From Candidatus Sericytochromatia bacterium (lineage in GTDB: Bacteria; Cyanobacteriota; Sericytochromatia; S15B-MN24; JAQBPE01), in NCBI GenBank assembly GCA_035285125.1, contig JAYKHR010000165.1:32001-96000 (forward strand): a DNA stretch of 64,000 nt, written 5' to 3'. Below the pieces are notes generated by a model, which searched no databases, had not been told where the DNA came from, and saw only the letters and a list, made by a program, of their open reading frames with translations. The translations under genes were made by a program, and so were the position numbers. Below are positions 19,616 to 29,541 of this stretch, piece after piece (the stretch's first letter is position 1; each line of letters starts with the position of its first letter).

Positions 19616-20587
19616 TCACGGGGCCTCCTCCTCACGGCCTGGCAAGGCCTGCCCGCGGGGAGCCTCCGACCGCCGGGGGGCCTGGCTTTCGCCCTGAGAC
19701 GGGGTGCTGCGCGGGCCGCCGCCGCCGCCCGCCGGCGCGAGCCGCACGGACGAGCCTCCGACGCGAAGCAGCCCCTCGACGAGCAGGTGGTTGGGCACGC
19801 TGACCAGCCCGTCAGACGTCTGCAGCATCGTCGTCAGCAAGCCGACCCGCTGGATGCGGCCGCGGGTGGCCTCGAGCGCGACCTCGTCGCCCGGATGGAA
19901 CTGCTCGGCAACGGCCCGACCGGCAACGACGTCCCGCGCCTGGCCGCGCAGGCCAAACCCGAACGCGATGGCGGCGGCGAGCGCCACGGCGGCGATGATG
20001 GCGGTGTACAGGGTCTGCACGAGGGCAGGGGCGATGTTGAGCTGCCCGATGGCGGCCAGCACCGCAAAGCCCGCGACCACCCAGTAGGCCACGTCCGCCG
20101 CCACATCCCCGGTTCCCGCCAAAAGGCCCGCCGTGGCGCCGCGCACCAGCCGCTCAGCGACGGTGGCGAACAGCAACCCGAAGGTGAGCAGGGCGATCGC
20201 CGCCACCACGTTCGGCACGTAGGCGATGAGCGAGGCGATGCCTGCCGAGACCTGTGGCAGGCGCAACGTGTCGGCAGCCGCCATGAAGGCCACCAGCCAC
20301 ACGGTCCACCTGACGAGCGCGGCCACGAGGTCACTGGGTTCCAGCGCCACGCCAGCCCGCGCGATCGCCGCGTGGATGCCCGTCTGCCTCAGCGCCCTGT
20401 CGAACCGAAGCGCCTCGAGGCCTCGCTCCGTGAGCGTGGACAACGCCACGCCGACCCCCCACCCGACCAGCAGCACCAGCACCGCCCCCAGCACGTTGGG
20501 CATGAAGCCCAGCCAGCCGAAAACACCGGCCGTCGTGGCTCCCCATGTGGCTGCGCCCCATTCCTGAACGGCTTGCGCACCAGGCAT
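19616..20587 (-). CDS. Small-conductance mechanosensitive channel family protein with TM_helix repeats (CmpX-like)
   Basis: 'FMPNVLGA','YVPNVVAA','AIAFGFG.R..ARD','V.VPN..L'. Confidence 0.85.
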   Translation of the reverse strand: MPGAQAVQEWGAATWGATTAGVFGWLGFMPNVLGAVLVLLVGWGVGVALSTLTERGLEALRFDRALRQTGIHAAIARAGVALEPSDLVAALVRWTVWLVAFMAAADTLRLPQVSAGIASLIAYVPNVVAAIALLTFGLLFATVAERLVRGATAGLLAGTGDVAADVAYWVVAGFAVLAAIGQLNIAPALVQTLYTAIIAAVALAAAIAFGFGLRGQARDVVAGRAVAEQFHPGDEVALEATRGRIQRVGLLTTMLQTSDGLVSVPNHLLVEGLLRVGGSSVRLAPAGGGGGPRSTPSQGESQAPRRSEAPRGQALPGREEEAP

Positions 20588-20752
20588 CTCGTCTCCTCCT
20601 CCCGGACGTCCCAGGCCCGACGCCGGCGAGGGGGGGCCACATGGCCTCCCCCTGCCAGCCCGGCCCCGCCGCCCTCGCAGCGCGACGGTACCAGCGCGAT
20701 CAGCTGCCCACCAACGCCCGGGCGGGCGTCTCCCCCGCTTTGCGGGGCCGGC

Positions 20753-22861
20753 TCACTCGTCGGCGATGTGCTTGAGCCGGTCCATGTAGTACCGCTCGAA
20801 GTAGCGGTTGTGGTATCGGCTCATCTTGTAGGACATGTTCTTGACGACCATGCCCCGCAGCGGCACGCGGGCCTTCACCAGGAGGTCCTTGGCCGTGAGG
20901 GTGTGCTGCCGGGTCGTGGAGCGGACGTCGACCACCAGCAGCACGCTGTCCACCAAGCGGCCCAGCACGGCGGCGTCGGTGAAGAAGTTGATAGGCGGGG
21001 CGTCGAAGAAAATGGCGTCATAATCGCGGCGCAGCCGGTCGACCAACCGCCGGAAGGCCTCAGAGTGAATGGTCGAGACGGGGTCGGGCGGCACGGGCCC
21101 CGTGCAGAGAATGTCGAGGTTGTCGACATCGGTGGGCTGAATGGCTTCTTCAGGCGCGAGGCCCTCGTAAACCACGTCGTAGAGGCCCATCAGGTTGGGG
21201 CGGTCGAAGTTGATGTGCTGCGAGGGGGCCCGCAGGTCCGTGTCGATGATGAGCGTGCGGCGCCCGAGCTGGGCCGAGGTGATGGCCAAGTTGGCCAGCA
21301 CCGTCGACTTGCCCTCCTTGGGGCCCGGGCTCGTGATGAGCACGCACTGGTGCTCGACGTCGGGGTCGACCATGCGGGTGTAGGTCTGCAGGGCCCGGTA
21401 GCTCTCCGTGACGGGGGAGCGGGGGTCCTCGAGCACCACCAAGCGCTTGGTCGCAGCCTCACGGCCCTCGACCCACGGCAGCATGCCCAGGATGGGAAGG
21501 TCGAGGACGGTCTCGGCATCCTCCGGCCGCCGGATGCGGTCGTCGAGGAATTCGATGAACACAGCCGCCGCCACGCCGAACACGATGCCCAGCAGGAACG
21601 ACATCCCGACGAGCTTGTTCACCGGGAAGACCGACTTGTGCGCCGTCGAGGCCTCCTCGATGATGCGCATGTTGCCCACAGAGACGGCCTCCGTGATGCG
21701 TGCCTCCTGCATCCGCCGAAGGAAGGCGTTGTAGGTCTCGACGGCTGCCTGCTGCTGGCGCATCAGCTGCGTCATCTGCTGTTCCTTGGCCGGCAGCGAG
21801 GCGAAGCGCGTCTCATAGTAGCCCTTCGAGGTTTCGAGGGACTTCGCCCGGGCCGCCAGAAGCGTCAGCTCGGACTCGGCCGCAATCAGCTCCGACATAT
21901 AGCGCTGCTCGGTGGCCGTGCGCCCGAGTGCCAGGTCCTTGTCGTCGAGCCCCTGGCCGACGACCATCGTCACGCGCTCCCGCGCGGCGCCCTTGAGCCG
22001 CTCGAGCCGGGCTTCGGCCTCCCGCACCTCCGTGGAATCTTCCTTGTACTGCGACTTGAGGACGGCGATGCCAGACTCTGCCCGGGCCAGCTCCCCCTGC
22101 AAGGCGTTGTAGACCGGATCGCTGCGAAGCTTCTCCAGGCGCTGGGCGAGCCCGAGATCCGTCACCTCGAGGTGCTGCCGGGCGTCGGCCGCCTTCGCCT
22201 CCACGATGGTGCGTTGGAGCTGCATCTCCAGGGTCTCGGAGTCGATGGCCGCCAACTTGCCCGCCGCCTGCCCCCCGATCTCGGACACGGAGAGCACCCT
22301 GTTCTCCTCGCGGAAGCGACGCAAAGCCGCCTCCGCGTCGTTGAGCATCCCCTCGGTCTTGGCGAGTTGCTGCTCGATGAAGATGCGCGTCTGCCGGGCC
22401 GTCTCCTGGTGGAAAGACTTGTTCCGCTCAATGAAGACCCGACCGACCTCGTTCACGACCTTGACGGTGTACTCAGGGTCGCTTGATGTGAAGCGCACGA
22501 TGATGATGTCGGTGTCGCGATCCACATCCGCGGACAGGCCCGCGAGCACCTCATCCGTTCGGGCCGCAAGCTGTTCCCGAGGCACGCCGAGCCGGTTGAC
22601 GACGGTCTCGATGTTGGGCCTCGTGCGAATCAACTGGAGTTGCGTGTTGACCGGGTTGTTCCAGGACGGCAGATTCATGCCGACGTTGTTGAGCACCGAG
22701 TTCGCGATCGCGTTGGGCTCATACAACATCCGCAGCTGGGCGGAATAGGTGGAGGGCTGGTTCGACGTGCGCATCCACGTGCTGCCCGTGACCAGCACGG
22801 CCGAGAGCACAATCATCCACCAGCGCCGGGCCAGGATGCCCAGGTAATACTTCAGATCCAT
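20753..22861 (-). CDS. wzc: Wzc-like polysaccharide co-polymerase / BY tyrosine autokinase
   Basis: N-terminal Wzz TM, coiled coil, 'LDDRI','ESYRAL', Walker A PGPKEGKST, IDTDLRAP, FDAPP, Tyr-rich C-terminal tail. Confidence 0.92.
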   Translation of the reverse strand: MDLKYYLGILARRWWMIVLSAVLVTGSTWMRTSNQPSTYSAQLRMLYEPNAIANSVLNNVGMNLPSWNNPVNTQLQLIRTRPNIETVVNRLGVPREQLAARTDEVLAGLSADVDRDTDIIIVRFTSSDPEYTVKVVNEVGRVFIERNKSFHQETARQTRIFIEQQLAKTEGMLNDAEAALRRFREENRVLSVSEIGGQAAGKLAAIDSETLEMQLQRTIVEAKAADARQHLEVTDLGLAQRLEKLRSDPVYNALQGELARAESGIAVLKSQYKEDSTEVREAEARLERLKGAARERVTMVVGQGLDDKDLALGRTATEQRYMSELIAAESELTLLAARAKSLETSKGYYETRFASLPAKEQQMTQLMRQQQAAVETYNAFLRRMQEARITEAVSVGNMRIIEEASTAHKSVFPVNKLVGMSFLLGIVFGVAAAVFIEFLDDRIRRPEDAETVLDLPILGMLPWVEGREAATKRLVVLEDPRSPVTESYRALQTYTRMVDPDVEHQCVLITSPGPKEGKSTVLANLAITSAQLGRRTLIIDTDLRAPSQHINFDRPNLMGLYDVVYEGLAPEEAIQPTDVDNLDILCTGPVPPDPVSTIHSEAFRRLVDRLRRDYDAIFFDAPPINFFTDAAVLGRLVDSVLLVVDVRSTTRQHTLTAKDLLVKARVPLRGMVVKNMSYKMSRYHNRYFERYYMDRLKHIADE

Positions 22862-22928
22862 GCCCGGCGCTCACCCCAGACGCGCGTGAATCCCCACGGC
22901 ACCAGGTGCCAACCGATCCCCACAGCCT

Positions 22929-23603
22929 TCAGTATGCCCCGTCCCGGGTGATCACAACCCAGAAGGTCTTGGCGATGATAAGGGCGTCGAGCAGCGGCGA
23001 CCAGTGCTCGATGTAGTACAGGTCCAGCCGCACCATTTCCTCGGACGAGAGCCGGGACCGCCCGCTCACCTGCCACAAGCCCGTGAGCCCGGGCAACACC
23101 GTCAGGCGCCCCCATTGCCAGGCTTTGTAGTACCGCGTGTCCTCCACGGGGAGCGGCCGGGGCCCGACCAGGGCCATCTCGCCGCGCAAGATGTTGAGCA
23201 GCTGCGGAAGCTCGTCCAGGCTGTTGCGACGGAGCCAGCTCCCCACCGCCGTGAGGCGCGGGTCGGCCAGGTCCTTGTAGAGCAGCTCGCTGCGACCCGC
23301 CGGGTGCCTGACGTCGCCCACGGCGTCCTCGACCCCGACGCGCATCGTGCGGAACTTGAAGATGGTGAAGGGGACGCCACCGCGCCCGAGGCGTTGCTGC
23401 CGGAAGAGGATCGGCCCAGGCGAGTCCAGCCTGATCAGCACGGCGATGAGGGCGAAGAGCCACCCCGTCAAAGCCAGCCCGACCAGCGCGCCCGCCACGT
23501 CCACCACGCGGCGCAACCGGCTGGCGTTCAGCCGCTGCTCCGGCGACGGCAGCCCACGGCCACCACGCTCCAACAGGCTTTCGGGTGCGGTCATGACGGA
23601 CAT
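22929..23603 (-). CDS. Priming sugar (phosphoglycosyl) transferase, Bac_transf family
   Basis: 'FKFRTM','[32 protein letters not shown]','[12 protein letters not shown]'. Confidence 0.93.
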   Translation of the reverse strand: MSVMTAPESLLERGGRGLPSPEQRLNASRLRRVVDVAGALVGLALTGWLFALIAVLIRLDSPGPILFRQQRLGRGGVPFTIFKFRTMRVGVEDAVGDVRHPAGRSELLYKDLADPRLTAVGSWLRRNSLDELPQLLNILRGEMALVGPRPLPVEDTRYYKAWQWGRLTVLPGLTGLWQVSGRSRLSSEEMVRLDLYYIEHWSPLLDALIIAKTFWVVITRDGAY

Positions 23604-24757
23604 GCTTCCCCCTCCGATTCCAAGGCGCCGGGGCGCCGACCTTCGATGTGTCGTGCCAGCAGGGCCAGGAACTCCCGCTTGAAGCGTTCGGTCGAGAACC
23701 TGGCCGCGTGGGCGCGGATGACGGCGCGGTCGAAGGCGGTGTGCTCGCACGTGCGGACGGCCTCGACGAGCGCCTCCACCGTTTGCCGTTCGAAGAGCAC
23801 ACCCGTCTCGCCATCCCTCACCGTTTCCGCCGCGCCTGCCCGGTTCAAGGCGATCACCGGGCTTCCCGCAGCCATCGCCTCCACCGGGGCGATGCCGAAG
23901 TCCTCGATCCCCGGGAACACGAACCCCCTGCACGTCGCCATATGGAACCGAACGACGTCGTCAGGCTGCCGCCCCAGAAACCGGATGTTCGCCCCGGCCC
24001 GGGCCTCGAGCGCCCGGCGTTCCTTCCCATCTCCAATGATGACGAGCGGCAGGCCCAAGCGGTTGAAAGCATCCACGACCAGATCGATCCGCTTGTAGGC
24101 GACCAACCGGCTCACCACGAGGAAGTAGTCGGCAGGCGGCGGAGCCAACTTGAGCGCTTCCCCGATGCCCGCCACGTCTACCGGCGGGTAGAGCACCGCC
24201 GCAGAGCGCCTGTAATACTTTTCGATCCGGCGCCGCACGTAGTTTGAGATGGCCACGTATTCATCCACGCGCGCTGACGACAGCGCATCCCAGGTCCTGA
24301 GGTAGTGCATCAAGAGGGGCAGGAGGGCCCGCTGCCAACCTGGGAGCGTCTCCACCTCAAGATACTCCTGATACATATCCCAAACATAACGCAGGGGGCT
24401 GTAACATAAGCACATGTGAAAAGCGTGGCTGTCAACCAACACACCCTTTGCAACGGCGTGGTTACAGCTGATCACGACATCGAACCCCCGCAAGTCGAGC
24501 CCTTCGGCAGCCATGGGAAACAGGGGCAGGTACCACTGGTAGCGGGCGGGGCCGCCCGGGAGGCGCTGCAGGAAGCTGGTGCGAATGTCCCAGCCGCGCA
24601 TCTGCCGGGGCATCCTGGCCGCGTCGTAGACCGTGGTGAAGACGGGCGCCTCTGGAAACATGCCGTGTAGCACGTCGAGCACGCGCTCCGCGCCGCCCCC
24701 ACCGCCCGAGGTGGCGAGGCCGTCGTGCACAATGGCGATGCGGGGCGTTGCGGGCAC
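23591..24757 (-). CDS. GT4 glycosyltransferase (WbaZ-like)
   Basis: 'IAIVHD..GGAERVL','C.SPLRYVWD','SRLVAYKRIDL','EDFGIAPVEAMAAG'; the upstream part of the 702-aa track ORF is antisense to the TPR gene. Confidence 0.92.
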   Translation of the reverse strand: MPATPRIAIVHDGLATSGGGGGAERVLDVLHGMFPEAPVFTTVYDAARMPRQMRGWDIRTSFLQRLPGGPARYQWYLPLFPMAAEGLDLRGFDVVISCNHAVAKGVLVDSHAFHMCLCYSPLRYVWDMYQEYLEVETLPGWQRALLPLLMHYLRTWDALSSARVDEYVAISNYVRRRIEKYYRRSAAVLYPPVDVAGIGEALKLAPPPADYFLVVSRLVAYKRIDLVVDAFNRLGLPLVIIGDGKERRALEARAGANIRFLGRQPDDVVRFHMATCRGFVFPGIEDFGIAPVEAMAAGSPVIALNRAGAAETVRDGETGVLFERQTVEALVEAVRTCEHTAFDRAVIRAHAARFSTERFKREFLALLARHIEGRRPGALESEGEACPS

Positions 24758-24865
24758 GCGGGGGCCGTCGGTGAGGGGCGGGGGCGTCAGAAAGCGCGTG
24801 GCGGCCCACCCGCCTCCGTGCGGGTATATAGGACACCAGCCCCATTCTGACAGCGCGAGGTCCGC

Positions 24866-25852
24866 GTGATCAACAAGTATCTCAAGACGCTCCTCAACGG
24901 GGGCGTGCCGGAAGCAGAACGCCGCCCCCTCGAGGACGGCCTGGCGGCCTACCAGCAGGGGAGGCATTCCGAGGCCCTGCCGTTGCTGGAGGAGGGCGTG
25001 GCAAGTCAGCCGCAACACTTCGACGGGCTCATGGCCCTCGGGCAGATCCACTTCAAAGGTGGCGACTTGGAGGCCGCGCAGCGCCGGTTCCTGGAGGCCC
25101 TCAGCCTCGAGAACCGCAACGCGACCCTCTACTTCCTGCTGGGTGAGGTGTCCTACCAGGGCGGCCGCCCCGCGGAGGCCCTCAGGTTCTACCAGCGCGC
25201 GACGTCGGTGGATGCCGACTACACCGACGCCTTCATCCGGATGGGGATGCTGCACCAAGAGGCCGGCCGGCTCGAGGAAGCCACCAAGGCCTACGAGCGG
25301 GCCATCTTCCTGGACCGCTCCGCCGTGGTGGCGAGGTTTCAACTGGCGCAGGTCTGCATCTCCCTGGGCGACACGCGCCGCGCCCTCACGCAACTGCACC
25401 TGGTGAAGGAGATCCACGGCGACTACCCGCCGGTGTTCGTGCTGCAAGGCGAGCTCCAGTTCGGGCTTGGCGATTTCCGTCAGGCCATCGTCGAATTCGA
25501 GCGTGCGCTGGAGCTCGGGGTCGTGGACGTGGGCCTCCTGTGGAGCCTGTCGGAGGCCCACGCGCGCGTGGGCGACAAGGATCAGGCCCTGGAGGCCGCG
25601 ATGCGAACGCTGGAGGAAGACCCGCTCCATCCCGCCGCCCACCTGCGCGTGGCGGAGTCGCTGGAGGCTGCCCGCCGCTACACGCAGGCCCTGCAACACT
25701 ACGAGACTCTGCTCGAGGTGGAGGGCTTCGACGCCGCCGCACGTGCCGGGTTCGAGCGGGTCTCTGCCGTCCTGGCAGAGATTGCGGCCAAAATGGCGGG
25801 CGAGGCCGATGCCCCCACGGCGAACGAGGGTGGCCAGCCGCCCGCGCCCTGA
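24866..25852 (+). CDS. Tetratricopeptide repeat protein
   Basis: About 8 TPR-like repeats (LG..Y...G....A...Y.RA). Confidence 0.85.
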   Translation: MINKYLKTLLNGGVPEAERRPLEDGLAAYQQGRHSEALPLLEEGVASQPQHFDGLMALGQIHFKGGDLEAAQRRFLEALSLENRNATLYFLLGEVSYQGGRPAEALRFYQRATSVDADYTDAFIRMGMLHQEAGRLEEATKAYERAIFLDRSAVVARFQLAQVCISLGDTRRALTQLHLVKEIHGDYPPVFVLQGELQFGLGDFRQAIVEFERALELGVVDVGLLWSLSEAHARVGDKDQALEAAMRTLEEDPLHPAAHLRVAESLEAARRYTQALQHYETLLEVEGFDAAARAGFERVSAVLAEIAAKMAGEADAPTANEGGQPPAP

Positions 25853-25889
25853 TCCAAGCCATTGACGGGTCCCGCAGCAGGTGATTCCA

Positions 25890-25905
25890 TGTGACGGTCG
25901 TCACA
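25890..25905. promoter_or_regulatory. CRP/FNR-type palindrome TGTGA-N6-TCACA
   Basis: TGTGACGGTCGTCACA, an exact match to the CRP core. Confidence 0.45.
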
Positions 25906-25935
25906 CGCGTGGCGACAGGTCCGAGCAAACCACCC

Positions 25936-26007
25936 GTGGAACCGCTTTTCGCCAGCCTGCTGCTCGTCGTCTCGATGCTCTCGATGCAAAAGTTGCATCT
26001 GATCTGA
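25936..26007 (+). CDS. Candidate small hydrophobic peptide (23 aa; up to 38 aa from GTG 25891)
   Basis: MEPLFASLLLVVSMLSMQKLHLI* in the gap between convergent genes; below the ORF-track cutoff; no clear RBS. Confidence 0.4.
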   Translation: MEPLFASLLLVVSMLSMQKLHLI

Positions 26008-26034
26008 GCGCCAGTCCAGCGGGCCGTCGGGGCA

Positions 26035-28584
26035 TCAGCCTGACGTGGCCCGCAGCACCAACAAGGTCATGTCGTCGGATGGAGGTCTGTCCCCGACAAA
26101 GGCCTGCACCTCGCGCTTGATGGCGGCGACGAGGTCCTCCGCCCCGAGCGCCGCGTGGGCTGCCACCAGCTCGCACAACCGCTCCGACTCGAACATCTCC
26201 GCCGGCGCATCGGGTGCGTGCGCCTCGGTGATCCCGTCGGTGAAGAAGACCAGGGCGTCCCCCGGCCTCAGTGTGAGGCTCTGGACCGCATACTGCGTCG
26301 CCTCGCGGACCCCAAGCGGGAACCCACCCGCTGACGGCACCTCGCGCACCTCCCCCTCTGCGGCGCTGTAGTGGAGCGGCGGGAAGTGCCCCGCGCAGGC
26401 GAAGCTGACGTGGCCGGTCGCAGGCGTCAGCAGGGCGTAGGCGCACGTCGTGTACGATTTCGTCGTGCTGTGCCGGGAGACGGCCCACAGCAGCCTGTTC
26501 AACGCGTCGATGGTCGCCCCCACCTCGGGGTTCTGGCGCGTCTGGTTGTGCAGGCAGGACTTCAGCATCGCCGTCGCCAGGGCTGCCGCAATGCCCTTGC
26601 CCGCCACGTCGGCAATTGCCAGGGCCACGCGGCCGTCCGGCAGCGGTAACACGTCGTAGTAGTCCCCTGAGGCCTCATAACAGGGCACCGTGTCAGCCGC
26701 AAAGTCGTAGGCCTCCAGACGCGGCAGGTCGCGCGGCAGCATGGCCTCCTGCACCTCCCGCGCCCGGCGCAGGTCTTGCTCGACGCGGTCCTTGAAGAGC
26801 CTGGCCTGCACCAGGCTGGCGGTCTTCACCGCCGCCGCGAGGGGCAGGCGGGTCGCCGCGAGCAGCTCCCGATCGTCCGCGCCGTAGCCCTGATCCGACA
26901 ACCGGGGCCCCAGCACCACGAGGCCCACCACCTCCTCCCCCACCTGCAGCGGCACCCGGTGGTGCGGGCCGAGCCTGGCAAGGCTCGAGAGCCGCCCGGT
27001 GCCACCGGTTCGAGGCACATAATCGACCTCCGCCCAGCGGGCCTCGGCGAGCAGCAAGGGGTCCTCGGGGTGGACCTCCAGCGTCGGCAGCGGCACCGCC
27101 CCCCAGACCGAGGCCCCCCCGCGCGCCACCAGGCCCCCCGTCTCCGGGTCCCGCGTCAGCACGTAGCCGAAGCTCGGGCGCAGGGCGTCCCCGATCACCG
27201 CGAGGAAGTGGGTCTTCAGCTCATCGAGGTCCAGCGTCGACTGCGCCAAACCCGTGACCTGACCGACGACGGCCTTGAAGTCATAGGGCGTGCGGAACCA
27301 GTGCCGATCGACGAGGCGCCCCACCGCGTCACGCAGCGGCACGAAGGCCACGGCGATGACGGCTGTGACGACCGCGTTCTGCCAGTCGCTCGTCGGCCCG
27401 AGGCCCGCGAGAGCCGCCACCCAGCGCAATGCCCCAGCCAGCGCGAAGTAGGCGCCCAGCAAGCTGAAGGTCACGACGGCGTACGTCGTCGTGCGCTTGA
27501 GGATGACATGGATGTCGAACATCCCGTGGCGCACCACGGCGTAGGTCACGGCCGCCGGGAAGCACCCGAACAACAGGGTCGTCAGGGCCGTGACGGTAGG
27601 TGGCGCCGGAGGTTGGCCCACCAGCGGCGGCAGGTTGACGAGCATCGCGGCGGGCAAGAAGGCAGCCCCGATGCCCCAAAGGAGCACCGCCAGCTGGCTG
27701 CGCTCCGGACCGGCCGTGGTCCGCCGCCAGCGCCAGGCCAGCAACGCCAGGCCAAACAGCAGCACGCCGTTCGCCCAGACGGTGCCGAGGGTCTCCCCGA
27801 GCGCCACCGCCTCCGGCGTGACCCCCCAAGCCCGGAAGGCACCCGCGATGGGGAGGAACAGCAGCAGCCCCACCGTATAGGGGGTCCAGGCCCCCTGGGG
27901 GTGTCGCTGGAGCCAGGCGATCGGGGTGGGGAACGCCAGGACCATGGCCAGTGCGGCGCTGGCATAGGCCATCACAGCCGCGTAATACCAGCCTGGGTGG
28001 ATCCGGTAGGTGAGCTCGAAGTCGATGTCGAGCAGGGCATACAGTGCCCACCCCAAGCAGAACACCGCGTTCGCCCGGGCCGCGGGGTTCTCAGGCCTCA
28101 GCCAGGCGGCCGCCAGGCCGATTAGCGCCATGACCAGCGGCAGCACGAAGCGCACCGCGAAGGACCGCAGCCAGGCCTCCCAGGTGAGCCGGGTGGCGGG
28201 AACCTCCACCACCTGGCTGCGCCCGTCTCGTCGCACCTCATAGGCCACGGGAGTGCCAGCCGCCCGCCCCGCGACGAGCGCGCGCAACGCAGGCCCGGAG
28301 CTCACGGCCACGCCGTCCGCGGAGGCCACGTGGTCGCCGGGCCGCAGGCCCGCCCGCACCCCCGGCGTGTGTGGCTCGTTCGTGAGCCATACCGTCCCCA
28401 CCGGGTTGACGCGGAAGCCGGGGTAGACCGTGCCGACCTGACCCACGGCCGAGACGAGGATCCAGGCCCAGGCGGTGGCGAAGGCCAGCAGGGCCAGCAA
28501 GACGGCCCGCCGAGCGCCGGCTGCGCCACGGGCAGGGCCGGTGGGCGAGGCGGGCTGGTGGTCACGGGCGTCCCAAGCTGCCAT
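26035..28584 (-). CDS. Membrane sensor phosphatase: PDZ + multi-TM (ComP-like input), GAF-like domain, PP2C/SpoIIE
   Basis: 'AGLRPGDHV..ADG' PDZ; about 9 TMs; 'LRRAREVQEAMLP','SGDYYD','DVAGKG','CAGHFPP','FTDGITE','DDMTLL'; ATG overlaps the upstream TGA. Confidence 0.9.
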   Translation of the reverse strand: MAAWDARDHQPASPTGPARGAAGARRAVLLALLAFATAWAWILVSAVGQVGTVYPGFRVNPVGTVWLTNEPHTPGVRAGLRPGDHVASADGVAVSSGPALRALVAGRAAGTPVAYEVRRDGRSQVVEVPATRLTWEAWLRSFAVRFVLPLVMALIGLAAAWLRPENPAARANAVFCLGWALYALLDIDFELTYRIHPGWYYAAVMAYASAALAMVLAFPTPIAWLQRHPQGAWTPYTVGLLLFLPIAGAFRAWGVTPEAVALGETLGTVWANGVLLFGLALLAWRWRRTTAGPERSQLAVLLWGIGAAFLPAAMLVNLPPLVGQPPAPPTVTALTTLLFGCFPAAVTYAVVRHGMFDIHVILKRTTTYAVVTFSLLGAYFALAGALRWVAALAGLGPTSDWQNAVVTAVIAVAFVPLRDAVGRLVDRHWFRTPYDFKAVVGQVTGLAQSTLDLDELKTHFLAVIGDALRPSFGYVLTRDPETGGLVARGGASVWGAVPLPTLEVHPEDPLLLAEARWAEVDYVPRTGGTGRLSSLARLGPHHRVPLQVGEEVVGLVVLGPRLSDQGYGADDRELLAATRLPLAAAVKTASLVQARLFKDRVEQDLRRAREVQEAMLPRDLPRLEAYDFAADTVPCYEASGDYYDVLPLPDGRVALAIADVAGKGIAAALATAMLKSCLHNQTRQNPEVGATIDALNRLLWAVSRHSTTKSYTTCAYALLTPATGHVSFACAGHFPPLHYSAAEGEVREVPSAGGFPLGVREATQYAVQSLTLRPGDALVFFTDGITEAHAPDAPAEMFESERLCELVAAHAALGAEDLVAAIKREVQAFVGDRPPSDDMTLLVLRATSG

Positions 28585-29534
28585 CAGATCGGCACCGGCT
28601 CGGGCGCCACGCGAGCGGTCGCGATCACGGGGCCCAGAACCTCGAGCAGGCCCTCGCCGCCGAGGCCCAGCACCGTGGCCTCGGCCTCGAGGCGCAGCGC
28701 CTCCAGCCGCCACGAGACGTACGCCAGCGCCCCGACCGCCCCCACGCGCCCCCTGAGGGCCTCTTGTCGCGCCACATCCAGCGGCAGCCCGGCGTGCCAG
28801 AGCTCAGCCAGGGCTGGGTCGGCGTCCCGTGCCACCAGCAGCGGCAGCGTCAGCTTTGCTGCAGCCAGGTCCGCGTGGGGGCCCCGCCCCATATACGCCT
28901 CCATGTCGCTCGCCAGCTGAAACAGCTGACCGAGCCGGGCCCCGAGCCGCCACCATTCCGGCACGTCTTGCCTGCCGGCCCAGATGGGCCCGAGGCACAT
29001 GAGCCCCGCCAAGGCCCCCCCGGCCTTGCGGGCGCCCAAGCCCAGCACCTCGTCTTCACCCACGTCGGCATCGGGGTGCAGCCGCACGTCGTCGTGCTGC
29101 CCGCAGGTCAGCACCATCCCGGCCCGGCCGAAGCAGTGGGCCCACCCGGCCCGCACCTCCGCGGGGGCAGAGATGCCGGCCAGGTGGGTGGCGTGCGCCG
29201 ACAAGAGGTACAGCCCCACCGTGACAGCTTCCTCCCAGCCGCCCCCGGGCCACCCGACCAGCGCCGCCAGCTCGGCGTCCTGCGCATCGTCGACGATGTC
29301 CGCCGCGCAGTGGTACAGGATGGCCGAGGCCGCCAAGGCGTCGGCTGTGTCCGGAGCCGCCCCGAGGCACAGGGCCGTCCGCCTGGGCAGCTCGGGCACA
29401 CACCAGGCGGGGGCACGCGCGTACAGGGAAAGCTTGCGCGCCAACACGGCCGCGGCCTGCGCGGCCAGCTGCGGCGGAGCCTCTTCCAAGCAGGCCGCCG
29501 CCCACACCTGGGCCTGGATGGCCGGGATGCCCAC
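28584..29534 (-). CDS. Class 1 isoprenoid-synthase-fold protein, ComQ-like prenyltransferase candidate
   Basis: DIVDDAQD first Asp-rich motif, GQHDD, KAG, degenerate second motif QLASD, 'DL...KLTLPLL'; GGAGG RBS overlaps the upstream stop. Confidence 0.75.
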   Translation of the reverse strand: MGIPAIQAQVWAAACLEEAPPQLAAQAAAVLARKLSLYARAPAWCVPELPRRTALCLGAAPDTADALAASAILYHCAADIVDDAQDAELAALVGWPGGGWEEAVTVGLYLLSAHATHLAGISAPAEVRAGWAHCFGRAGMVLTCGQHDDVRLHPDADVGEDEVLGLGARKAGGALAGLMCLGPIWAGRQDVPEWWRLGARLGQLFQLASDMEAYMGRGPHADLAAAKLTLPLLVARDADPALAELWHAGLPLDVARQEALRGRVGAVGALAYVSWRLEALRLEAEATVLGLGGEGLLEVLGPVIATARVAPEPVPI

Positions 29535-29541
29535 GCGCGCG

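Noticed and set aside
19787..22486. 899-aa plus-strand ORF and similar long antisense ORFs (6194-7513, 40976-43597, 57767-59629, 12478-14184)
   Set aside because: Shadow frames of real genes caused by high GC3; no motifs of their own
24758..25699. N-terminal extension of the 702-aa glycosyltransferase ORF, suggesting a fusion
   Set aside because: It is the antisense shadow of the TPR gene; the GT4 domain begins at about 24757
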